From Synechococcus sp. (GTDB taxonomy: Bacteria; Cyanobacteriota; Cyanobacteriia; PCC-6307; Cyanobiaceae): DNA of 64,000 nucleotides. Location of the stretch: assembly GCA_047285805.1 (NCBI GenBank), contig JBJBCN010000003.1, positions 1-64,000 of the forward strand, read 5' to 3'. The position numbers were made by a program, and so were the translations under genes. The notes under the pieces are model-generated. The model did not search any database and was not told the DNA's origin. It saw only the letters and a list, made by a program, of their open reading frames with translations. Numbering within the stretch: position 1 is the first letter of the stretch; each line of letters starts with the position of its first letter. Positions 12,964 to 22,377 of the stretch are shown here, one piece after another.

Positions 12964-13606
12964 GCTGATCCAGGGCCTCCAAGCACAGGTCGGGGGCCTT
13001 AACCAACCGGCCAGGCTCCAACCAGGGGGCGAGACGCAGGGCGTCCCCCCCGGTCAGCCAAACGGTGCACTCCGGCTCGAGCTGCTGCTGGGCCTGCTTG
13101 ATCGCACCCACCATCGCCTGGAGGCAGCCCACTTCCATCGCCGCGGCGGTCCCCTTCGGCCAAGGCGGCAGGGCGCGATCCACCCCACCGGTCTGCGGCA
13201 ACTGGGCTGTGCCTTGATGCAGGCTGCGCAACTGCAGGCTCAGTCCGGCACTCAGGCGGCCGCCGGCAAACGTCCCCTGGGCATCCACAAGGGTGAGGCT
13301 CAAGCTCGTGCCGGCATCCGCCACCAGGACCGGGCCCTGCTGCTGCCGCCAAGCCCACCAACCTGCCAACGCCCGATCAATGCCGAGCCAAGCGGGGGCG
13401 CCAGCAAGGGGAACATGCGCCAATGGCAGCCGCCGCTCCTCGGGCAAGGCCAGGGCGGCGGAAACCGGACCCACCGCAGCCCAGGCCTGCAGCGGCGGCA
13501 CGGACCAGGGGGGCTCAGGGGACGCCGTATCCCAGCAGCGCAATCCCAAGGGCGAACGCTCCGCCCAGTGCCAACGGCTGTTGCCCACCAGCAACAGCTG
13601 GGCCAC
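12956..13606 (-). CDS. coaX: Type III pantothenate kinase
   Basis: VGNSRWHW, LGIDRAL, VADAGT and LTGGDA. Confidence 0.9.
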   Translation of the reverse strand: MAQLLLVGNSRWHWAERSPLGLRCWDTASPEPPWSVPPLQAWAAVGPVSAALALPEERRLPLAHVPLAGAPAWLGIDRALAGWWAWRQQQGPVLVADAGTSLSLTLVDAQGTFAGGRLSAGLSLQLRSLHQGTAQLPQTGGVDRALPPWPKGTAAAMEVGCLQAMVGAIKQAQQQLEPECTVWLTGGDALRLAPWLEPGRLVKAPDLCLEALDQLS

Positions 13607-14344
13607 TTAGATGCCCTCGCCGGCCATCCCGGGCAGGTGAATGCCGCATTCCTGCTTCAAGCCGCCGAAGCGCGTCGCCCGTCCGCTGGTGCTGCCGTCG
13701 TCGGGCGCACTGGAATGCCAATCGCCGACCGTGGAATAGCCCTTGTCAAAGAGCGGGTGCTGGGGCAGTTCGTTCTCCTGCATGTAATAGAAAATGTCGC
13801 GGTTGTTCCAATCCAGCAGCGGACGCAGGGCCCAGCGTCCGCGGACGAGCTGAACGGGATCCATCGCCTTGCGATGGTCGGTTTGGCCACCGCGCACGCC
13901 GCTGGCCCAGCAGCTGACCTTGAGGTCGTTCAGGGCCCGATCGAGGGGCTCCACCTTGCGAAGCCGGTGGTAAGTCTCCAGATCCTGCACCTGCCCGGTT
14001 TCCCACAAGCGGCCGTGGAGGGCCTCCATGCGAGCCGGGCTCATGCCGGACTGGGCGACGTGCAGCTGGAGACCAAGCTGCTCAACCAGGGCCTGGGAGT
14101 ACTGATAGGTCTCTGGCGGCAGATAACCGGTATCCACCCAAATCACGGGAACCTTGCGATCCAACTGGCTGATCAGGTGCAGGGACACCGCGGCCTGAAT
14201 GCCAAAGCTGGTGGTGAGGGCAAAGCCGTCACCGAAGGTCTCAAGTCCCCAACGCATGCGCTCCAGCGCACTCAACGACCGCAGCTGCTCACAGGCCTGC
14301 TGAGGGTCGAAGCTGGGTGCGGAGGGGGAGGCAGACGTGGTCAT
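13607..14344 (-). CDS. cysH: Phosphoadenylyl-sulfate (PAPS) reductase
   Basis: TTSFG, DTGYL, GYSTVGD and C-terminal ECGIH. Confidence 0.96.
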   Translation of the reverse strand: MTTSASPSAPSFDPQQACEQLRSLSALERMRWGLETFGDGFALTTSFGIQAAVSLHLISQLDRKVPVIWVDTGYLPPETYQYSQALVEQLGLQLHVAQSGMSPARMEALHGRLWETGQVQDLETYHRLRKVEPLDRALNDLKVSCWASGVRGGQTDHRKAMDPVQLVRGRWALRPLLDWNNRDIFYYMQENELPQHPLFDKGYSTVGDWHSSAPDDGSTSGRATRFGGLKQECGIHLPGMAGEGI

Positions 14345-14411
14345 CGCACCATCTTCCAATGTGGGGGGGGATGGTTAGGGTTCGCTCTGGTCTTCTGCTC
14401 CACCGTCTGCC

Positions 14412-15611
14412 GTGCCCCCATCCGAGGTTGAGCCCGCAGCTGTTGTGGTGATCGGCGGTGGCTTCGGTGGTCTCAATACCGCTTTGCAGCTGGCGGCCTC
14501 CGCTGAGCACCCCTCGGTGGTGCTGCTCGAGCCCCGCGAGCACTTTCTCTTCCTGCCCCTTCTCTACGAACTGCTCAGCGCTGAGCTGAAACGCTGGGAG
14601 ATCGCCCCCCGCTACAGCGAGCTCCTGGCGGGCTCCGGTGTGGTTTGGATCCAAGAGCGGGCCGAGTGCATCGACCGCGCCAATCGCACGATCACGACGG
14701 ACGGCGGACGCCAACTGCCTTACAGCAGCGCCGTGATTGCCAGTGGCGGCCAACTGGAGACCTATGGCGTCCCTGGGGTCCGCGAGCACGCCATCGGCTT
14801 TCGCACTCTGGAGGACGTTGCCGAGATCCAGAGCTGGATTCAACAGCTCAAAACCAAGCAATCGCCCCTAAAGCGGATTGGGATCGTGGGGGCCGGCGCG
14901 AGCGGCGTCGAACTGGCCTGCAAGCTCGCCGATGTGTTAGCGGGCAGCGCCATCGTCGAATTGGTGGAGCAAGGCCCCGAGCTGCTCCCGATCGCCAAGG
15001 CCTTCAACCGCGAGCAGGCCAGCAAGGCCCTGCAGCAACGGGATATCCGCCTCCGCCTCAACACCCGTGTGGCCAGCGTGGAGGCCAGCGGGCTGCAGTT
15101 GCAGCGACTCGGGGATGGCACGACCAGCGTGGAGGCCCTGCGCTGCGATGGCGTGATCTGGACCGCCGGCTTGGCCGCCAGCGTGCCGGACCTGGAACCG
15201 CCCCTGCCCCTCGACCCGCGGGGTCGGCTGCGTTGCACGCCCTCGCTCCAGGTGGAGGGCAGCGAGGAACTCTTTGTCCTTGGGGATGCAGCGGCCTGCC
15301 CGGACGCCAGCGGCGAGCACCCAAGCGGAGCCCTCTATCCCGCCAATGCCCAGGTGGCCTATCAGCAGGCCAGCTGCATTGCCCTCAATCTGCAACGCCT
15401 GCGCATCGGTGCCCCCCTGGAGAGCTTCATCTGGAAGGATCTGGGGGAAATGATGGGCCTCGGGATTGGCCAGGCCAGCCTGACGGGCATGGGAGTCACC
15501 CTGGCCGGCCCCGCGGCCTTTCAGCTGCGGCGCCTCGCATACCTGGCGCGGATGCCTGGCCTACCCCAACAGCTGAAGGTGGCCGGCGGTTGGCTGGCGA
15601 AGTGGTTGTGA
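14412..15611 (+). CDS. Type II NADH dehydrogenase-like FAD oxidoreductase
   Basis: Two Rossmann motifs GGGFGG and GAGASGVE, WTAG, AQVAYQQ. Confidence 0.88.
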   Translation: MPPSEVEPAAVVVIGGGFGGLNTALQLAASAEHPSVVLLEPREHFLFLPLLYELLSAELKRWEIAPRYSELLAGSGVVWIQERAECIDRANRTITTDGGRQLPYSSAVIASGGQLETYGVPGVREHAIGFRTLEDVAEIQSWIQQLKTKQSPLKRIGIVGAGASGVELACKLADVLAGSAIVELVEQGPELLPIAKAFNREQASKALQQRDIRLRLNTRVASVEASGLQLQRLGDGTTSVEALRCDGVIWTAGLAASVPDLEPPLPLDPRGRLRCTPSLQVEGSEELFVLGDAAACPDASGEHPSGALYPANAQVAYQQASCIALNLQRLRIGAPLESFIWKDLGEMMGLGIGQASLTGMGVTLAGPAAFQLRRLAYLARMPGLPQQLKVAGGWLAKWL

Positions 15612-16261
15612 GCAGACCCAGCGGCCTGCTGCTCGATGCCATGGGCACCCTTATTGGCCTGCGCCAGTCCGTGGGGGAGAGCTACGCCTCCATCGCCCAG
15701 GACTTTGGACTGGAGGTCGCCCCCGAGTCGATCAATGGCGTGTTTGCTGGCCTCTTTCGCCAGGCGCCGGAGCTGGCCTTTCCCGAGCTGAGCGGAGAGG
15801 AGCTCGCCCAAGCGGAAGAACAGTGGTGGACCGATCTGGTGGCCCAGGTCTTCCAAGCCTGCGGCCACGACGGTCCGCTGCCGGAAGGGTTCGGCACAAC
15901 CCTCTTCCAGCACTTCGCCGGTGCGGAACCCTGGCTGGTCTATCCCGATGTGACCGCGAACCTGCAGCGCTGGAAGCAGCGGGGCTTGAAGCTGGCGGTG
16001 GTCAGCAACTTCGATCAGCGGCTGCTGGCCCTGCTGGAGGAGCTAGAACTCAGTCCCCTGCTGGATGCAGTGGTGGTCTCCTCGGTGGTCGGGGCCGCCA
16101 AACCCAGTCCCGTGCCGCTGAAGGTGGCACTCGAGCAACTGGGGCTCAAAGCCGATCAGGTCTGGCACATCGGCGACAGCCCGGAGGATCAAGCCAGTGC
16201 GGCGGCCGCGGGCATCCGCTGCCTGCTGATCAAGCGCCCTAAACCCAACGGCACCCCTTGA
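15608..16261 (+). CDS. HAD-IA family hydrolase
   Basis: LLDAMGTL, VVSNFD, AKP and HIGDS; GTGA overlap with the upstream stop. Confidence 0.88.
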   Translation: MSRPSGLLLDAMGTLIGLRQSVGESYASIAQDFGLEVAPESINGVFAGLFRQAPELAFPELSGEELAQAEEQWWTDLVAQVFQACGHDGPLPEGFGTTLFQHFAGAEPWLVYPDVTANLQRWKQRGLKLAVVSNFDQRLLALLEELELSPLLDAVVVSSVVGAAKPSPVPLKVALEQLGLKADQVWHIGDSPEDQASAAAAGIRCLLIKRPKPNGTP

Positions 16262-17874
16262 AGCAGTCCGCGTTGATGGGCCGCACCGCTGGATTGCGGC
16301 CCGCTCAAACCCGGCGATTGGAGCGGCTGAGCCACCGGCGCCACCCGGAGAGCACAGGTGTCGACTGGATCAGCCTGCAGCGCCTTGCGGCCGAAAGCGC
16401 GGAGCTGGATCTCCCCCTCAGCCTAGTTCTTGATGAACGGGGCCTCTGCCGTCTGCTCTGGGTCGGCCCCTTGGAGCAATCGGGACGACTGCTCGAGCGC
16501 CTGCCGGGGGGACCCCGCCGGCAGGGCAACGCCCTGCGCTTGATCACCTGCGTCGGCCGGGCCAAGCACCTGGAGCCCCATGGCCATGAAGCCGTCGTGG
16601 GTCTCGACCTGCAGCCAGGGTTTTGGCTGCGCTTCGGCAACAGCCCCCAGGCCGGCGGCCGCTGGCCCGCCGCGGCCTTCAGCCCTAGCAGCGACCCCCA
16701 CTGCCCCTGGCGGACCTTGGAGGAGGACGATCTAGCGGCCCTCTGTGCGTTAGTACCGCCGGAGACCCGTGAGCCCACGCAGGCCCCGACAACACCTGGA
16801 ATCGAGCAGGTGTTGCTGCTGGTGCTCAGCCCCAGCGATCCGGAGGCGGCCCGCCGCGAAATCGCCGAGCTCGAAGGCCTCGTGCGCAGTGCGGGGGCCA
16901 AGCCCCTGGGCCTGGTGGTGCAGCGTCAGTCGAACCGCGTCGGCCAGAACCTTTGGGGCGAAGGCAAGGTGCAGGAGGCCGCTCTGGAAGCCCGGCGTCT
17001 GGGGGCGTCGCTGGTGGTGACCGATCGGGAACTCAACCCAGCCCAGGCAAGGAATCTGGAGGCACGGCTCGAGCTGCCCGTGAGCGACCGCAGTGAGCTG
17101 ATCCTCGACATTTTTGCCCAGCGGGCCGCCAGTGCTGCCGGGCGTCTCCAGGTGGAACTCGCGCAGCTGCGATACCGCCTGCCCCGGCTCGCCGGTCGGG
17201 GGCTCTCACTCTCTCGCCAAGGGGGCGGGATCGGGACCCGCGGCCCGGGGGAGACCCAGCTGGAGAAAGACCGACGGGCCATTGCCCGCCGCATCGACAA
17301 ATTGCAGCGGGATGTGCAGAAGCTCCGGGAACACCGGGCCCGGCTGCGCAGCAACCGGCGATCCCAACGGCGCTTAGCCCTGGTGGGCTACACGAACGCC
17401 GGCAAAAGCTCCCTGCTGAACGCCCTGAGCAAGGCGCCGCAACAGGAGGCGGTGCTGGCGGAGAACAAGCTCTTCGCCACCCTGGATCCAACGACCCGGC
17501 GGATCGTGCAACCCCATCCGGAGGGGGGGGGGCCGGACCACTTGCTCCTGACGGACACGGTGGGGTTCATCCGCGACCTGCCGCCCCCGCTGGTTGAAGC
17601 CTTCCGCTCCACCCTGGAGGAGACCCTGGATGCCGATCGGCTGCTGCTGGTGGTCGACCTCTCCGATCCCGCCTGGAGCGAGCAGCTGCGCACCGTTCAC
17701 GCGATCCTCGATGAGCTGGGAAGCGAGGTGCCCCGGCAGCTGATCGCCAACCAAATCGACCGCTGCCCTTCCGCGGCAATCGATCAGGCCAAAGCCCTGG
17801 ACCCCCAGGTGCTGTTCGTCTCCGCCACGGGGGGGCTCGGGCTTGAGCACCTCAAGGGCAGCCTTTTCTCGTAA
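16258..17874 (+). CDS. hflX: GTPase HflX
   Basis: GIGTRGPGETQLE, GYTNAGKS, LFATLDPT and DTVGF. Confidence 0.96.
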   Translation: MKQSALMGRTAGLRPAQTRRLERLSHRRHPESTGVDWISLQRLAAESAELDLPLSLVLDERGLCRLLWVGPLEQSGRLLERLPGGPRRQGNALRLITCVGRAKHLEPHGHEAVVGLDLQPGFWLRFGNSPQAGGRWPAAAFSPSSDPHCPWRTLEEDDLAALCALVPPETREPTQAPTTPGIEQVLLLVLSPSDPEAARREIAELEGLVRSAGAKPLGLVVQRQSNRVGQNLWGEGKVQEAALEARRLGASLVVTDRELNPAQARNLEARLELPVSDRSELILDIFAQRAASAAGRLQVELAQLRYRLPRLAGRGLSLSRQGGGIGTRGPGETQLEKDRRAIARRIDKLQRDVQKLREHRARLRSNRRSQRRLALVGYTNAGKSSLLNALSKAPQQEAVLAENKLFATLDPTTRRIVQPHPEGGGPDHLLLTDTVGFIRDLPPPLVEAFRSTLEETLDADRLLLVVDLSDPAWSEQLRTVHAILDELGSEVPRQLIANQIDRCPSAAIDQAKALDPQVLFVSATGGLGLEHLKGSLFS

Positions 17875-17929
17875 TGCTCTCCAACTTGCTACAAAAGGAG
17901 TGCGACTCCACATCAAACCGGCCACGGCC

Positions 17930-18565
17930 ATGCCTCTGCAGCTCGGCGACACCGTTCCCGATTTCACACAGGACTCCCAGCTGGGTCCGATCAACCTCTA
18001 CGACTTCGCTGGTGACAGCTGGGTTGTGCTGTTCTCCCACCCCGCTGACTACACCCCGGTTTGCACCACCGAACTGGGTGAGGTCTCCCGCCTGCGCGCG
18101 GAATGGGACAAGCGCAATGTCAAAACGATTGCCCTGAGCGTCGATTCCGCCGAGAGCCACAAGGGCTGGATCTGCGACATCAACGAGGTCCAGAACACCA
18201 CCGTTGACTATCCGATCCTCGCCGACGAAGACAAGAAAGTGAGCGATCTCTACGGGATGATCCATCCCAATTCGCTCAACAACCTTACGGTGCGCTCGGT
18301 GTTCATCATCGACCCAAGCAAGAAGCTGCGCCTGCAGATCACCTATCCCGCCAGCACCGGCCGGAACTTCAACGAAATCCTGCGGGTCATCGACTCCCTG
18401 CAACTCACCGACCACCACCAGGTCGCCACCCCGGTCAACTGGACCGACGGTCAGGACTGCGTCGTGGTGCCTTCAATCCCCACGGACGAAGCCCGCGGCA
18501 AGTTCCCCAAGGGCGTCACCGAGATCAAGCCCTACCTGCGCATGACCCCGCAGCCCAACAAGTGA
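17930..18565 (+). CDS. 1-Cys peroxiredoxin (Prx6 family)
   Basis: FSHPADYTPVCTTE, YPASTGRNF. Confidence 0.95.
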   Translation: MPLQLGDTVPDFTQDSQLGPINLYDFAGDSWVVLFSHPADYTPVCTTELGEVSRLRAEWDKRNVKTIALSVDSAESHKGWICDINEVQNTTVDYPILADEDKKVSDLYGMIHPNSLNNLTVRSVFIIDPSKKLRLQITYPASTGRNFNEILRVIDSLQLTDHHQVATPVNWTDGQDCVVVPSIPTDEARGKFPKGVTEIKPYLRMTPQPNK

Positions 18566-18598
18566 CAGTGAGTCGCTAACCCCTCGTCAGAGGCGCTG

Positions 18599-18627
18599 GC
18601 CCTCGGGAGAATTCCCGAGGGCTTTTT
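18599..18627 (+). terminator. Intrinsic terminator after the peroxiredoxin gene
   Basis: GCCCTCGGGA-gaat-TCCCGAGGGC-TTTTT. Confidence 0.88.
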
Positions 18628-18635
18628 GCTGGGCG

Positions 18636-19781
18636 ATGCGGGTCTTGGGACTGATGAGCGGCACCAGCGCCGATGGCGTTGATGCGGTGCTCGCCAGCTT
18701 CCATGGACCGCTCCGGCGGCCCCGCTGGCAGATCCACGGCCGAGCCTCGGTGGCGTACCCAGCCCCCTTGCGCGATCAGATCGTGGCGGTCGGCCAGGGG
18801 CAGCCCACCACGGCAGCGGACCTGCTGGAGCTCGGCGAAGCCCTAACCGAGGTGCAGGCCGAGGCGGCCCTGGCCTGCGATCCAAAGGGCAGTGCGCAGC
18901 GGGTGGGCTGCCACGGCCAGACCCTCTGGCACCGTCCCCCCAGCGCCGAGCGGGCCGGGAACAGCTGGCAACTGCTGCATGCACAGCGCTTGGCCCACCG
19001 GCTAGGCACGCCCGTGGTCTTTGATTTCCGCGCCGCCGATCTCGCCCTGGGCGGCCAAGGGGCGCCCCTCGTGCCGGCCGCGGATGCCGCCCTCCTGCCC
19101 CCCATTGGCGGCTGGCGGGCCCTGCTGAATCTGGGGGGCATCGCTAACTTGACCCTGCTGCCTCCCTGCACGGGGCCCGAGCGGGGCGCGGCGGTGCTCG
19201 GCTGGGACTGCGGCCCCGCCAACACGCTGCTGGACCTAGCGGTGCAGCATTTCAGCCAGGGCGCCCAGAACTTTGATGAGGGCGGGGCCTGGGCGGCCGA
19301 GGGGCAGGCCGATGAGGCCCTGATCGCCCGCTGGCTGAAGGAGCCCTACTTCCAGGGCCGCCCCCCCAAATCCACGGGCCGGGAGCTCTTTGGCGCCGCC
19401 GATCTCGAGCACCGCCTGCAGGAGATGCATCCGGCCGAACCCGCCGATGCGCTCGCCACCTTGACGGGCTTCACCGCCGCGGTGGTGGCCCAGGATTTGC
19501 AGCACGAGACAGCCCCCCTGGAGCTGCTCGTGGCGGGGGGCGGCGCGCGCAACGCCACCTTGACAGCGGAACTGCGGCGACGCTGCCGCGGCCTACGCCT
19601 GCGCTCCCTTGCTGAGCTCGACATCGCCGAGAGTGATCGCGAGGCGCTGTCCTTTGCCCTGCTGGCCTGGTGGCACGCCCAGGGCGTGAGTGGTTCGCTG
19701 ACCTCAGTCACCGGAGCCCGCCGCCCCTCGGTGCTGGGAGTCTGCGCGGATCCACCGGGGCGAGCAGGCCAGCGTCCCTGA
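18636..19781 (+). CDS. anmK: Anhydro-N-acetylmuramic acid kinase
   Basis: GLMSGTSADG, HGQT, GGQGAPL, NLGGIAN, DCGPAN and KSTGRE. Confidence 0.96.
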   Translation: MRVLGLMSGTSADGVDAVLASFHGPLRRPRWQIHGRASVAYPAPLRDQIVAVGQGQPTTAADLLELGEALTEVQAEAALACDPKGSAQRVGCHGQTLWHRPPSAERAGNSWQLLHAQRLAHRLGTPVVFDFRAADLALGGQGAPLVPAADAALLPPIGGWRALLNLGGIANLTLLPPCTGPERGAAVLGWDCGPANTLLDLAVQHFSQGAQNFDEGGAWAAEGQADEALIARWLKEPYFQGRPPKSTGRELFGAADLEHRLQEMHPAEPADALATLTGFTAAVVAQDLQHETAPLELLVAGGGARNATLTAELRRRCRGLRLRSLAELDIAESDREALSFALLAWWHAQGVSGSLTSVTGARRPSVLGVCADPPGRAGQRP

Positions 19782-19855
19782 GATCAAATTCCGTCGCGAA
19801 GGATCGGCAAGAGGCGATGCCATCCATAGGGTGAGAGGGACCGGCCGAAGAATCG

Positions 19856-20089
19856 ATGAGCTCCGGCAATGCCCCCGCGCTCTACGAGCGCATCCGCAGC
19901 GACCACGACCTCACCCAGGAGCTATTCCGGCAAGCCCTGCAGGACCCCTCAGGCACCCTCAGTCGCATCTGTGAACTGGGAGCCAGCTGGGGGCTGCCGG
20001 TCAGTCGCGACGACGTCAAAGTTCACCTGGCGAGCGTCGAGGATCCCGACACCAAGCAGTGGCTGCTCAAGGCCCGCGGCGGACTCTGA
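19856..20089 (+). CDS. Small hypothetical protein, Nif11-leader-like
   Basis: 77 aa, host codon usage, GAGAGG upstream; helical pattern resembling Nif11; ends ARGGL. Confidence 0.7.
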   Translation: MSSGNAPALYERIRSDHDLTQELFRQALQDPSGTLSRICELGASWGLPVSRDDVKVHLASVEDPDTKQWLLKARGGL

Positions 20090-20206
20090 GCGGTTGCGCT
20101 GGGGACGCCGGTCTTCGCCCATCCAACTGAAAAACAGCCAGTAGCTAACGATCGCGAGGCCTGCGGCCACCACCAGGGCCGCCACCTGCTCGAGTCGCTT
20201 GACCAT
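19949..20206 (-). CDS. Small single-pass membrane protein
   Basis: MVKRLEQVAALVVAAGLAIVSYWLFFSW hydrophobic helix; 3' part overlaps the opposite-strand gene. Confidence 0.5.
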   Translation of the reverse strand: MVKRLEQVAALVVAAGLAIVSYWLFFSWMGEDRRPQRNRSESAAGLEQPLLGVGILDARQVNFDVVATDRQPPAGSQFTDATEGA

Positions 20207-20330
20207 GGCGGTCCAGACAGTCAGGAACCCCCAGTCTGCCGGGCTGATCGAACAGGAATCGGCCGAGAGGAGATGATGCTGGTACGACCCAGGGCGCAAG
20301 CCCGAACCGGCGCCCTCTACCGCTACCGCC

Positions 20331-22055
20331 TTGCTTCGCCTCGAACGCGTCTCCAAGATTTATCCCACGGGCGAGGTGCTCCGGGATGTCACCTGGGAGG
20401 TCAAAGCCGGCGACCGCATTGGCCTGGTCGGCGTGAATGGCGCCGGAAAATCCACCCAGATGCGGATTATTTCTGGGCTGGAGGAGCCCAGCAGTGGGCA
20501 GGTGGTGAAGCAGGGGGAACCCCGCATCGTTTACCTCCAACAGGAATTTGACGTCGATCTGACGCGCACGGTGCGTCAGGAGCTCTTCCAGGCCTTCGGC
20601 GAGGCCGCCGAGGTGGTCAACCGCCAGCGCCATGTGGAAGAGGAGATGACCTCCGAGAAGGCCGCCAGCGACCCCGATCACCTCGATGAGCTGATCCATG
20701 AACTCGGCCGGCTGCAAAGCCGATTTGAGGGCCTCCATGGCTATGAGCTCGATGCCCGCATCGACAAGCTGCTGCCCACCATCGGCTTCACCCCGGAGGG
20801 GGCAGAGCAGCTCGTGGGGGACTACTCGGGCGGCTGGCAGATGCGGATTGCCCTAGGGAAGGTGCTCCTCCAGGAACCCGATCTGCTGTTGCTGGACGAA
20901 CCGACGAACCACCTGGACGTCGAGACCATCCAATGGCTCGAGGACTACCTGATCCGCCAGACCTGTCCCCTGGTGGTGATCAGCCATGACCGGGCCTTCC
21001 TCGATCGAGTCTGCAACCAAATCGTCGAGACCGAACGGGGTGTCTCACGCAGCTACCTGGGCAACTACAGCAACCACCTCGAGCAAAAAGCACTGGAGCG
21101 GGAGGCCGGCCATGCGGCCTTTGAGCGGCAACAGAAGGAACTCGCCACCCAACAGGCCTACATCGACCGCTTCCGCGCCAGCGCCACCCGATCCACCCAG
21201 GCCAAAAGCCGCGAGAAGCTGCTCGACAAGGTTGAGCGGATCGAGGCCCCTATCGAGAGCGTCAGCGGTCCGCGCTTCCAGTTCCCGCCTGCACCGCGCA
21301 GCGGCCGGCTGATCGCTGAGATCAAGGACCTGACCCACAGCTACGGCGAGCAGATCCTCTTTTTGGGGGCCAATCTCGAGATTGAACGGGGCGACCGGAT
21401 TGCATTTGTCGGCCCCAATGGGGCCGGAAAATCCACCCTGCTGCGGCTGGTCATGGGCATAGAGACCCCCGAGGAGGGCTCAGCCGAGCTAGGGGAGCAC
21501 AACGTGATCGCCAGCTACTTCGAGCAGAACCAGGCGGAAGCCTTGGATCTGACCAAGACGGTGATCGACACCATGTTCGAGGCCGTGCCGGACTGGACCC
21601 AAACCCAGGTGCGCTCCCTGCTGGGCAGCTTCTGCTTCAGCAATGACGCGGTCTTCAAAGAGGTCGGCAAGCTCAGCGGCGGCGAGAAGGCTCGCCTGGC
21701 TCTGGCCCTAATGCTGCTCAGCCCCTGCAATCTGCTGGTGCTGGACGAGCCGACGAACCACCTCGACATCCCCGCAAAGGAGATGCTGGAGAGCGCCCTG
21801 CGGGACTACGAAGGGGCGGCCCTGGTGGTCAGCCACGACCGTTATTTCGTCTCGCAAGTCGCCAACAAGATCGTCGAAATCCGCGACGGCGAACTGGTGG
21901 TCTATCGCGGCGATTACGCCTACTACCGCGAGAAAAAAGCCGAGGAGTTGGCCGCAGCCCAAGCCAGCCAGGAGGCCGCAGAACAGGAGGCCAAGCGCAA
22001 GGCTAAACGCGACAAGCAAAAAGCCAAGGAGGCTGCCCGAAAGGCAGCAGCCTGA
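20331..22055 (+). CDS. ABC-F family ATPase
   Basis: Two ABC domains (GVNGAGKS and GPNGAGKS, SGG, LDEPTNHLD twice), no transmembrane segments. Confidence 0.95.
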   Translation: MLRLERVSKIYPTGEVLRDVTWEVKAGDRIGLVGVNGAGKSTQMRIISGLEEPSSGQVVKQGEPRIVYLQQEFDVDLTRTVRQELFQAFGEAAEVVNRQRHVEEEMTSEKAASDPDHLDELIHELGRLQSRFEGLHGYELDARIDKLLPTIGFTPEGAEQLVGDYSGGWQMRIALGKVLLQEPDLLLLDEPTNHLDVETIQWLEDYLIRQTCPLVVISHDRAFLDRVCNQIVETERGVSRSYLGNYSNHLEQKALEREAGHAAFERQQKELATQQAYIDRFRASATRSTQAKSREKLLDKVERIEAPIESVSGPRFQFPPAPRSGRLIAEIKDLTHSYGEQILFLGANLEIERGDRIAFVGPNGAGKSTLLRLVMGIETPEEGSAELGEHNVIASYFEQNQAEALDLTKTVIDTMFEAVPDWTQTQVRSLLGSFCFSNDAVFKEVGKLSGGEKARLALALMLLSPCNLLVLDEPTNHLDIPAKEMLESALRDYEGAALVVSHDRYFVSQVANKIVEIRDGELVVYRGDYAYYREKKAEELAAAQASQEAAEQEAKRKAKRDKQKAKEAARKAAA

Positions 22056-22199
22056 CAGGAAACCGGCAACAAAATCATGCACCAGACAGAACAAATACCT
22101 AACGCATAAACTTCACATTGACCTAGGCAAGATGACTCATTCTTCTAGGAGTTATCGACAAGTTCTGCATAGGCTGTCAGGGCCCATCGAGAGCCGGCC

Positions 22200-22373
22200 A
22201 TGGACCCCCTGTTCAACACCACTTCATCGGCCTTCAGCTCCAGCTACGGTGCCGCTCCAGCTCGCAACGAAAGCGACCCGGTGAGCAGCTACTTCGAATG
22301 CATCACGGCCTGCTCAGTGGATGACGGCGAATGCGTCACCCAATGCGTCGAGGTCCTACGCGAACAGCAATGA
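22200..22373 (+). CDS. 57-aa Cys-rich small protein (CX3C-X6-CX3C)
   Basis: Manual translation MDPLFNTTSSAFSSSYGAAPARNESDPVSSYFECITACSVDDGECVTQCVEVLREQQ; fills an intergenic gap; GC3-rich codons. Confidence 0.75.
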   Translation: MDPLFNTTSSAFSSSYGAAPARNESDPVSSYFECITACSVDDGECVTQCVEVLREQQ

Positions 22374-22377
22374 AGCC

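Noticed and set aside
12866..14431. 521-aa plus-strand ORF antisense to coaX and cysH, and similar long shadow ORFs (7846-8802, 44413-45324, 54875-56029)
   Set aside because: They have no motifs and lie opposite well-supported genes; long antisense frames are expected with high-GC codon bias
14645..15607. Long N-terminal extension of the HAD hydrolase ORF
   Set aside because: It is an alternative frame inside the NDH-2 gene; the likely start is GTG at 15608
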